From a virus (taxonomy: Duplodnaviria > Caudoviricetes): a DNA stretch of 44,929 bases. The notes under the pieces are model-generated. The model was not told where the DNA came from. It saw only the letters and a list, made by a program, of their open reading frames with translations, and made no database searches. Position 1 is the first letter of the stretch, and each line of letters begins with the position of its first letter. Location: IMG/VR virus record IMGVR_UViG_3300034100_000004, positions 1 to 44,929 of that record. One strand, given 5' to 3'. A program made the translations under genes and the position numbers. Shown here one piece after another: positions 1 to 7,559 of the stretch.

Positions 1-127
1 TCAGCATTTCTAAGATCAGCACTTCTAAGATCAGCATTTCTAAGATCAGCACCCATAAGATCAGCACCTCTAAGATCAGCACCCATAAGATCAGCATTTC
101 TAAGATCAGCATCTATAAGATCAGCAC
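1..127. repeat. 15-bp tandem repeat (AAGATCAGCAnnnnT), terminal overlap with the window end
   Basis: 1-127 = 44718-44844 and 55-152 = 44832-44929 by eye. Confidence 0.9.
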
Positions 128-200
128 GTTTTCCATTTTTCATACCTCTTCGCCATTCATCATGAGCTAAGAGGATATTTTGTAATTTCGTTGCATCCAT
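1..200 (-). CDS. 5' part of the pentapeptide-repeat/DUF5758-like gene (wraps to 44255-44929)
   Basis: Minus-strand reading from ATG at 200 gives [35 protein letters not shown]..., preceded by GAGG; matches the N-terminus of ORF 44255-44920 and extends it by 19 aa. Confidence 0.85.
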   Translation of the reverse strand, partial: MDATKLQNILLAHDEWRRGMKNGKRADLIDADLRNADLMGADLRGADLMGADLRNADLRSADLRNA

Positions 201-329
201 CTTAATTACCTCGTAATTAGTTTTCTTTTTAAGTACAGGTTCCAATGTTTAAAGAATCGTAAGGAATATCCCGCTTGTGGATGAACGCATGACTCCATGA
301 TTCTATACACTGTCCAATGCTCCACATCC

Positions 330-419
330 TTACACATTCTGTAACCATACGGTAAGACAGGCTACGAATACAGATAGGATAATGAGAGCTGCAAAAACTT
401 CGGTGATTATTTCTTTCAT
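330..419 (-). CDS. 29-aa single-TM early protein (MKEIITEVFAALIILSVFVACLTVWLQNV)
   Basis: Read manually; strong AAGGAG RBS; hydrophobic stretch. Confidence 0.6.
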   Translation of the reverse strand: MKEIITEVFAALIILSVFVACLTVWLQNV

Positions 420-448
420 GTGCTTCTATCTCCTTAATTACTTTGTAA

Positions 449-1009
449 TTAGTCCCTTTTCCCTTTCTTATTCACTGGCTTTGCAACTGCCATCTTGTTA
501 AAAGATTTCATCAGTTCATTACACAAGATAAGAGCTTGCTTATTCCCCCTCTTCTTTGCAAGCTCGGCAATAAGAGCAATGTACTTCGGAACATCTACTT
601 CTCGCAAGGATGCGGCAACGGCCACGCCCTTCCCTTCTCCTCCCCCTTCCTTCTCCTTTTCCACCTTTGCTTTCAACTTCCTTGCCTTGTCCTTCTCCTT
701 ACTCTCTTTGGTTTTCTCGGTATATGTACCAGCGTCATAAGAACGGCTCCGCCACACACTAAAGGCATTGATGTACTTGGCTGGCATGTAATCCGGCTTA
801 TCTTTCAGGGTATTGGTCAAACCAATTGCAACAGCCGTCTTATTCTTGTCAATCTTCATAGGCCAGTCAGAAAAGAGAGAGTACAGGAAGGTATTGACAT
901 CCTCCGGCTTTACCTTCTTTGCTTTCAATTCTGCAATGATTGATTGATAGGTGATTACCTGTTTTACGTTTGCTTCAAATGCCTTCTTCAATTCCTGTTT
1001 GATGTTCAT
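449..1009 (-). CDS. Lysine-rich early hypothetical protein
   Basis: ORF 449-1102; CAGGAG RBS precedes MNIKQELKK at 1009, so the start is moved there. Confidence 0.7.
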   Translation of the reverse strand: MNIKQELKKAFEANVKQVITYQSIIAELKAKKVKPEDVNTFLYSLFSDWPMKIDKNKTAVAIGLTNTLKDKPDYMPAKYINAFSVWRSRSYDAGTYTEKTKESKEKDKARKLKAKVEKEKEGGGEGKGVAVAASLREVDVPKYIALIAELAKKRGNKQALILCNELMKSFNKMAVAKPVNKKGKRD

Positions 1010-1137
1010 GGCTTTATTCTCCTGATTATTTTTGGTTGTTGGATGATACCACAAGTAATCCTCTGGTACTCCTCCTTTAGATAGATACAACGATAAGGGC
1101 AATACACTGAGATATAAGGAAACAGAGGGGCAATAGT

Positions 1138-1326
1138 TTAATTATGTTCATCTAGTCCACATGCCTCCAAGAATTTAGATTTATCGAAGCGGGGATTGAC
1201 TTGTTTACAAACAGTAGCAATGTTGTCTGCGATAAGTCTCCACATTGCGTCGGATTCGAGCGAATCACAGGACTGTTTACTAAAACGCATTGCCTTTGCC
1301 AAAAGTTGGAAATGTTTCTTTGTCAT
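1138..1326 (-). CDS. Small early phage protein (NPRFDxxxFLxACG motif), first gene of the early arm
   Basis: AGGAGG RBS; motif I recall from small phage hypothetical proteins. Confidence 0.8.
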   Translation of the reverse strand: MTKKHFQLLAKAMRFSKQSCDSLESDAMWRLIADNIATVCKQVNPRFDKSKFLEACGLDEHN

Positions 1327-1739
1327 ACAAAACCTCCTGATAGTTGTTAGCTATACCTAGCCTACCTATGTACACCATACCAATTACCAAGTACCTTGAA
1401 ACCGATTGCCTTATATGTGGTAGAGTCTGAGGACTCAACTAATACCCATACAAGGATTAAACATCATCGCCATAATTCAATACGGCTCGTCTAATCAACC
1501 GGGATTGCCAGAAGAGCATTCGCTAGAACGCTCACATTCATCCGCTTACAATCTGATAAGGTGGCTGGCCCTATCCCTTTATTATTCATGTCTTTGTACT
1601 ATCCACTCATCCGGTCGCCCCTGAGAAGTTGGCTTGTTAGTTGAAAAGATTGTCAGTCTCTTCGCACCGTGTTGGAAACATGGAAGCGGTTTGCATATTG
1701 CAGGCTCTATAAAAGAGCTATGTAAAAGAACATGTGGTG

Positions 1740-1768
1740 AGAGTAAACGATACGAAACAGTATGTCAA
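1740..1768 (-). promoter_or_regulatory. sigma70-type early promoter TTGACA-N17-TACTCT
   Basis: Perfect -35, 17-bp spacer, TAnnnT -10; points into the early arm. Confidence 0.7.
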
Positions 1769-1809
1769 TAAAAAAGAATGTTCATATCGCTTCCTTGTCT
1801 TTTGGGTAA

Positions 1810-1826
1810 TGCATAAGGCGTGCCAA
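1810..1826 (-). promoter_or_regulatory. sigma54-type promoter TTGGCACGCCTTATGCA
   Basis: GG-N10-GC spacing with TGGCACG at -24 and TGCA at -12. Confidence 0.7.
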
Positions 1827-1900
1827 GGTGAAAAGAAATAAAAGAATGTAGTAACAGCAAGGGATACAGGGTATTATAGGGTATGCTTAACTGTGGAAAG

Positions 1901-1946
1901 TACAATTTTTTGTATATAAATATTTGTACTTGTACAATTTTTTGTA
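1901..1946. promoter_or_regulatory. Repeated palindromic sites TACAA-N4-TTGTA (candidate enhancer/UAS)
   Basis: Identical TACAATTTTTTGTA at 1901-1914 and 1933-1946; degenerate copy at 1915-1928. Confidence 0.55.
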
Positions 1947-1968
1947 CTCACATACAGAGGTATGTATA

Positions 1969-1985
1969 TGCAAGTAGTGTGCCAA
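1969..1985 (-). promoter_or_regulatory. sigma54-type promoter TTGGCACACTACTTGCA
   Basis: Matches TGGCAC-N5-TTGCA consensus. Confidence 0.75.
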
Positions 1986-2251
1986 TGGGATAGTTACATA
2001 TGCAATTAAGATGATTAGGATTATGTGCATATGCACAGTAGTGATGATGGAGACTGTGGGTATTTCACCTAAATACTAACGTCTCACGTTACTATCTCCC
2101 CAATATTACGCTAATATTCTTAGGCTATGGAGAATTATGTTAGTCTCGCATAACTCTCTCTAAATTCGAAGGGTACTCCAGGGGTTGGGGTAGGGAGGAG
2201 GGGTGCGTATTACCCCATAATTTTTTCTCACAAAAATTTTAGAGTTCTCAA

Positions 2252-2315
2252 AACTCTACGAACTCTACGAGTCTCTACAAACTCTACGAACCCTATTAGT
2301 CTATGAGAACTCTAA
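2252..2315. repeat. Short imperfect tandem repeats (AACTCTACG, 9-10 bp)
   Basis: aactctacg aactctacg agtctctaca aactctacg aaccctatt ... aactctaaa. Confidence 0.75.
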
Positions 2316-2341
2316 AGATTAAAATAAATTAATAAATGTAC

Positions 2342-2370
2342 TTGACAAACTCCTATTAGTATATTATATA
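2342..2370 (+). promoter_or_regulatory. Possible sigma70 promoter (TTGACA-N17-TATATA)
   Basis: Perfect -35 with AT-rich upstream sequence; imperfect -10. Confidence 0.45.
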
Positions 2371-2517
2371 TTATATAACTCTTAATATTAGCGTAGTGTA
2401 CTCTATGTATATAAATAGTAAATAGGGTATGTATACATTCCTATACACACTCTATACATTATTTATAATTATAAGGAGCTGAATGAAAAAATAATTAACA
2501 TCTCTATTATTTTTCTA

Positions 2518-2546
2518 TTGACATTTCATATCAAGTATGTTATAAT
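2518..2546 (+). promoter_or_regulatory. Consensus sigma70 promoter of the structural arm
   Basis: TTGACA-N17-TATAAT with extended -10 TG. Confidence 0.85.
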
Positions 2547-2603
2547 ATAAGTAATAGGGCAGCTCTGTCCTTCTTCTTCTTCTTCCAACCTAAGAGGTTC
2601 TTA

Positions 2604-3143
2604 ATGGCTAAGTTGAATCTAAATAATATTGCAAGTGGCTTTTCCTCTACAACTCAGCTTAATGCTAACTTTGATTTGATCGAAGTTGCCTTAGAGAATA
2701 CTCTATCCAGAGATGGCAGTATTCCGAATAGTATGAGTGCAGATTTAGATTTGAATGGGTATAACTTAATTAACGTAGGTTCTTTGGATGTTTCCTCTGT
2801 AACAAACAGCGGTATAGATTTGGCTCAGATGGTTGTTGATGCTGAAGCCTATGCTGATGAAGCAGCTAATTGGGCTCACTATCCAGCAGCTACTCTTGTA
2901 CCTGAAGGGAACATGGTGGATGAGTACTCAGCTTACTCTTATGCTCAAGATTCCCTAGCATACTCACTTGCCTCAGCTTCCTCTGCAACTGATTCAGCTT
3001 CCTCTGCATCTTCCGCTCTAACTTCAGAGTTAGCTTGTGCAGCTTATTCCAACCTAGGTTTAGGTGCAGCAGCTCTATATGATTTTGGTCTTATCTCAGA
3101 TGCAATCCTTGTCTTCCCAACTGATCTTGGCTTACTTGTATAA
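2604..3143 (+). CDS. Tail-fibre anchor/adaptor protein
   Basis: N-terminal LNANF...NTLSRDG..PNSMSADLDLNG..LIN motif typical of podovirus fibre N-termini; Ala/Ser-rich coiled region. Confidence 0.65.
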   Translation: MAKLNLNNIASGFSSTTQLNANFDLIEVALENTLSRDGSIPNSMSADLDLNGYNLINVGSLDVSSVTNSGIDLAQMVVDAEAYADEAANWAHYPAATLVPEGNMVDEYSAYSYAQDSLAYSLASASSATDSASSASSALTSELACAAYSNLGLGAAALYDFGLISDAILVFPTDLGLLV

Positions 3144-3157
3144 AGGAGTATTAACTT

Positions 3158-5527
3158 ATGGCAACACAGCTTCAATGGCGTAGAGGTACAACTGCTGAGC
3201 ATGCCACCTTCACTGGTGCTAATGCAGAGGTTACAGTAGATACTGATAAGGAGACCCTTGTTGTACATGATGGTGCCACTGCTGGTGGTTTCCCCCTTGT
3301 AACCCAGACTGATCTTTCTACAGCTATTGCAGCTATCCCAGCCTCTGAACCAATCAACTCCCTTACGCAGCTTACCTACCCTTCAGCAGATGGAGGCTTT
3401 AGGGATTTGTATCGCTCTGGTTTCCTCCCCTCTTCCTTCAACCAGCAATGGGGCGGTTCGCAGTGGGGAGAGTTGCCGGATGACTCGATGGGTAGCGTGG
3501 CTACGGGGAATATTCAGGATGATTCTTCAACAATTGACTTGGGCTCTGGAGCTTCAAGCTACTATCGCTCCACAGGCTTCAAGGTATCAGAAACAGAAAC
3601 CTACAACAATATACTCGTCAAGCTTTCAAAATATGGAAACCCGACTGGAAATATAACTGCACGGATTTACTCTGACAATGCTGGTTCTCCAAACGCAGCA
3701 CTAGGGGCTGCTGTAACATTTTCATGTAAGAGGATAACCTCTAAGTCAGACGGAGAGTTTTATCCATTAACTGGTTTTAACGTAGCTCTCACCGCCGGAA
3801 CTCAGTATCACCTTGTGTTGCAGCTTGCTGTAGATGCCTCGAACTATGTTCTGTGGAAAGCAACTCTCAGTTCTAAATATCCCCATGGTTTTATAAACTC
3901 CGGGACTTCCGCACCAGTATGGACACCCACAACTGGACGTTGTCTTTGTTTTGTAGTAGTCAACCCCACCGCCAACTCCCTCCTCCAATCTGGTGGGATG
4001 TTTGACTACAAGCTATCCTTCAACCCTGGCTCCCCTTGGAACCAATCCCGCTCCTTGTCTCAGCCCCTTTCCAATTTTTATGATGGGAAGAATTTTACCG
4101 CACTACATCGAGGAACCTATGCTATCAGCACGAACGTGTGGGACTTTGGTTATGGACTAGATCACGATCGCATCACTTTAACGATCAATGCTTCTGGTTA
4201 TCCTGTTCTCAGCATCTATGAATCAGATCGTACCCTGGCTCAGGTAACTGGTACTGGATCAGTAACCACTGGCGATCACGATATCGGTGTAAGGGTAAGA
4301 ACAGTAGGTGATGGTGCAGACTATGCCACGCTTTACGTTGACGGAGTAAGCGTTGGAACTCCCCTGACTTCCCAGACCTTCACCATGGACAAGAACTTCC
4401 GTGCGCTTGGTACTGCAAGGCTTGGGGATGGATTTGGGATAATCCCTGCCTGGACTCAGGATATGCAGATGACGAGTCTGCCTAGTGCTCAGGGGTGGAC
4501 TTGGTCCGGCACTGGTACTGAAGCAAATGCCATGAGTATTCAAGGTGGAAAATTGTACCAGAATAAGTCTGGCTATACTAGCACAGATCAAGGTTACTAC
4601 ACCAAAACCACAGCATTTAATAATACAGTAGGATGGACTGTCCTTGTAAAACCACAAGTAACAAATGATAATAATACATCTAATCCCGGTGTGTTAGTCG
4701 TAGATACACTTGATGGAACTAAACGATTAACAGTTTATTTACATGAATATTTTATAACCTCTGGATACAGTGCTACTATACAACATACCTATCAGTGTGA
4801 CTTGAAATCAAGAGAACGGATAGTTGAAATTTGTGGAAAAGGATCGGATTACTATGTATTCCTTGATGGTCAATTAGTCATAGATGGGACAGGGTTGCTA
4901 ATATCAGCTACAGCCTCTAATGTCCTAAATTTTGGAGATTATTATATCGGCGCAGGAGAAAACTCAGACGCCATCTGGTCTTACGTCAAATACTACCAAG
5001 GCGGCATGATCCTCCCCATAGCCACCACCGGTTCTTGCTCAGAATTTGCACATTGGTCGGGTGATAAGTCCTCTCTCTTCGCTCCCTTGTGGAACTCCGG
5101 TAGCCCGGTATCTGTGAAGCAACTGTGTGGGGTGGAGAAGAATTACATCGGTGAGGGGGTTGTGCAGAAGGAGGTAAGGAGGGGAGTTACAGGCAGTCCT
5201 ACTACTTCCTCAACCACCACAACACTTCTACCAGAAATGGAATGCTATACAATTGGAAAAGTATTGGATGCTGATTTCTTATATAATGTTGCAAATGCAA
5301 CAGTTCAGGTTTCACAACACGCTTCACAAATTGCGGTTGATGGGTTTGGGATAATCGTTGGGTCTGAGGGACAGGCTGTTGCAAATACTTATACTAGCAT
5401 AAGCCTTAGTAAAGCGCATAACTCGTATTTGGGTCTACACAAAGTCGAGGGGAAGTGGAATGTCAACTCAGGAACAGACACAAATCAAGCAACCATTAGG
5501 AATCTGATGGTGGAGGCAAAAGCATAA
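3158..5527 (+). CDS. Tail fibre/receptor-binding protein with Mtd-like N-terminal domain
   Basis: QLQWRRGTTAEHATFTGA..EVTVDTDK..LVVHDG.TAGG resembles the major tropism determinant N-terminal domain; beta-rich remainder. Confidence 0.8.
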   Translation: MATQLQWRRGTTAEHATFTGANAEVTVDTDKETLVVHDGATAGGFPLVTQTDLSTAIAAIPASEPINSLTQLTYPSADGGFRDLYRSGFLPSSFNQQWGGSQWGELPDDSMGSVATGNIQDDSSTIDLGSGASSYYRSTGFKVSETETYNNILVKLSKYGNPTGNITARIYSDNAGSPNAALGAAVTFSCKRITSKSDGEFYPLTGFNVALTAGTQYHLVLQLAVDASNYVLWKATLSSKYPHGFINSGTSAPVWTPTTGRCLCFVVVNPTANSLLQSGGMFDYKLSFNPGSPWNQSRSLSQPLSNFYDGKNFTALHRGTYAISTNVWDFGYGLDHDRITLTINASGYPVLSIYESDRTLAQVTGTGSVTTGDHDIGVRVRTVGDGADYATLYVDGVSVGTPLTSQTFTMDKNFRALGTARLGDGFGIIPAWTQDMQMTSLPSAQGWTWSGTGTEANAMSIQGGKLYQNKSGYTSTDQGYYTKTTAFNNTVGWTVLVKPQVTNDNNTSNPGVLVVDTLDGTKRLTVYLHEYFITSGYSATIQHTYQCDLKSRERIVEICGKGSDYYVFLDGQLVIDGTGLLISATASNVLNFGDYYIGAGENSDAIWSYVKYYQGGMILPIATTGSCSEFAHWSGDKSSLFAPLWNSGSPVSVKQLCGVEKNYIGEGVVQKEVRRGVTGSPTTSSTTTTLLPEMECYTIGKVLDADFLYNVANATVQVSQHASQIAVDGFGIIVGSEGQAVANTYTSISLSKAHNSYLGLHKVEGKWNVNSGTDTNQATIRNLMVEAKA

Positions 5528-6078
5528 TGCACTTCATAATCGAAGATGTAAACACTCTTGATCCGGTAGCACTCGCAGATGAACTCATAGCTGCCTTTGG
5601 CACGAACTATGGAATAAGTACAGCGGGAAACACCATCACCACCAACGGGGGAGAACCTGATCCTATTGCGTTCCAGGCGGTGATTGATGTCCATGTGTCA
5701 AATGCTGATACTAGGGAACAGAATAAACTTAAGGCAAGTATAAAACATATTCGAGAAGTATCTCTCGAAAAGTTCCCTAAGAATAGTGGAGTAGATAATG
5801 TATACGTACTAAACTACCAAGCTGCTACTCTGGGTTCTGATGATACTACAACGATTCTCCGTAATGGTAAGACTCCAGCAGCACACTTGGGAGATTTTGG
5901 TGTGCATATTGGTATGACTGCTGCTCAGTTTGCAGCTTATGTTCTTTCAGAGAATCTATTGGCTGGTCAGAAGATGACGGAGATTGAGGCTGAGTATCTT
6001 CGTTTGTATTATAATGGTCCAATGACTGATGAGGATGTTGCTGGTTATCAGTCTTACTGTGATGCACGTACCCTCTAA
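5527..6078 (+). CDS. Putative tail-fibre assembly/chaperone protein
   Basis: Translationally coupled (TAATG) directly after the fibre gene; call is positional. Confidence 0.5.
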   Translation: MHFIIEDVNTLDPVALADELIAAFGTNYGISTAGNTITTNGGEPDPIAFQAVIDVHVSNADTREQNKLKASIKHIREVSLEKFPKNSGVDNVYVLNYQAATLGSDDTTTILRNGKTPAAHLGDFGVHIGMTAAQFAAYVLSENLLAGQKMTEIEAEYLRLYYNGPMTDEDVAGYQSYCDARTL

Positions 6079-6086
6079 GAACTACT

Positions 6087-6512
6087 ATGAGATTAATACT
6101 TCGATTCTCAGCACAGAATAAACCAGCTTCTCTATTCATTCGTGCATTTCGATGGATACCGTTCTCTCATGCCGAAGCTGTTATGTCAAACGATAGAACC
6201 TACGGAGCACGACTTCTTGGTGGAGTACAAGTACGAGACTCACAGAAATACTCTAGGGTTGTGGATGTAACCGTAGAAGTTCCAGAAGCACTGTGGTTAG
6301 AAGCACTCTCTATGCGAGGGTGGAAGTATGATATACTAGCACTATTCGCATTCCTATTTCGCATTAAGATGAATCAGAGTGATGCTGTAACGTGTGTAGA
6401 AATGTGGACTACTTTGTTAAAGAAGTATGGTATCATTGAAATACCTGATACAAGGATCATTGATCCATACCAACTCTATCTAATCTTAATTAACATTAAA
6501 CACAAGCGATAG
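6087..6512 (+). CDS. Permuted papain-like (YiiX/YaeF, NlpC/P60 superfamily) amidase
   Basis: FSHA (His), GxKYD and CVE (Cys) motifs in permuted order. Confidence 0.7.
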   Translation: MRLILRFSAQNKPASLFIRAFRWIPFSHAEAVMSNDRTYGARLLGGVQVRDSQKYSRVVDVTVEVPEALWLEALSMRGWKYDILALFAFLFRIKMNQSDAVTCVEMWTTLLKKYGIIEIPDTRIIDPYQLYLILINIKHKR

Positions 6513-6514
6513 TT

Positions 6515-7051
6515 ATGATCAGTATAAAAACAGGTGGCTTTTCTCTCAACATTGGTAAGAGTGAGGTAGATGGAAAGTGGAAGATTCAATTTATCCACCT
6601 TCCAATAGGTAAACCAAGACCTCAGATTGATAGGAAAGATTGCTCCATAGGAGTACGTTTTGATATTGTATGGGGACCACTTGTTCTTCCAGTGGCTAAG
6701 ATGTACCATTGGAAGTTCTGGCTGGATGATCCCACCTATTCACAGCAATGGAATAATGGGAATCAGTGGTTTACAATCAAACTTCCTTTCTTCTGTTTTC
6801 CATTTATATCAGTATTGTTTGGTATTTTTTCATTTGGTACTCCTGGCTTTTGGATAGGTGCTCGGACTGCTGATCTATCAAATAAGATTGATTGGCAGCT
6901 ACGTCTCGATTGGGATAAAGATGAGTATGATCAGACTGCATGGGCATGGAATGAAGATGGTACTCCAAAGGAAGCTTGGCCTGTTGGAAAATATAAGGGA
7001 ATGAAAACTGTTGAACTAACACTTGTAGTACGAAGCGATATGAGGCATTAG
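6515..7051 (+). CDS. Hypothetical Trp-rich protein, possibly membrane-associated
   Basis: ORF fits the operon; hydrophobic segment FFCFPFISVLFGIFSF. Confidence 0.6.
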   Translation: MISIKTGGFSLNIGKSEVDGKWKIQFIHLPIGKPRPQIDRKDCSIGVRFDIVWGPLVLPVAKMYHWKFWLDDPTYSQQWNNGNQWFTIKLPFFCFPFISVLFGIFSFGTPGFWIGARTADLSNKIDWQLRLDWDKDEYDQTAWAWNEDGTPKEAWPVGKYKGMKTVELTLVVRSDMRH

Positions 7052-7052
7052 T

Positions 7053-7559
7053 ATGAAACTAAACATTGATCGTAGCAATTTCAAAGATGATATGGGTAAG
7101 TGGAGAACTCAGGCTCTCTTCTACGAGTACTACATCAATCAGGAGTGTGCAGTATTCACTTTGAAAGATGATCATCTAACTGTTGATGGTAAGACATACT
7201 ACTCAATGCGTAAGTTGTATCTTGAGATTTCTGATCCTACTGAATATGACTTTGCAATTACGGTTCTAGGATCATGGCCTCACTGGTTGCGTATGAAGAA
7301 GTACTTTCTTAAAGATCATGTTAAGGTATGGGCTGATGAGTTGGAAATGAAGCTACGTTCTGAAGGTATCCTTCAGAATATTAAGGCTGCACAGAATGGG
7401 AATTATAACGCAGCTAAGTGGCTTGCAGATAAAGGATGGGAAGTACAGCGTGGTAGACCTACTAAGGAAGAGAAAGAGGGTAGGTTGAAGAAAGAAGCTG
7501 CTTTTGATAAGGCTGTAGAAGCCGATATGGAACGCATAGGACTTGTGGCTATTAAATGA
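7053..7559 (+). CDS. Putative terminase small subunit
   Basis: Immediately upstream of and overlapping terL; DPTEY.FA...LGSW.HW and AAKWL..KGW...RGRP motifs. Confidence 0.6.
   Translation: MKLNIDRSNFKDDMGKWRTQALFYEYYINQECAVFTLKDDHLTVDGKTYYSMRKLYLEISDPTEYDFAITVLGSWPHWLRMKKYFLKDHVKVWADELEMKLRSEGILQNIKAAQNGNYNAAKWLADKGWEVQRGRPTKEEKEGRLKKEAAFDKAVEADMERIGLVAIK

Noticed and set aside
1-152. True direct terminal repeat at the window ends
   Set aside because: The overlap falls inside a repetitive gene and the copies disagree; an assembly break in a circular contig is more likely
1828-1900. IHF site between the sigma54 promoter and the palindromes
   Set aside because: An A-tract is present, but the match to WATCAANNNNTTR is too poor to call
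3158-5527. Diversity-generating retroelement
   Set aside because: Only the Mtd-like N-terminus is present; no reverse transcriptase or TR/VR pair was seen
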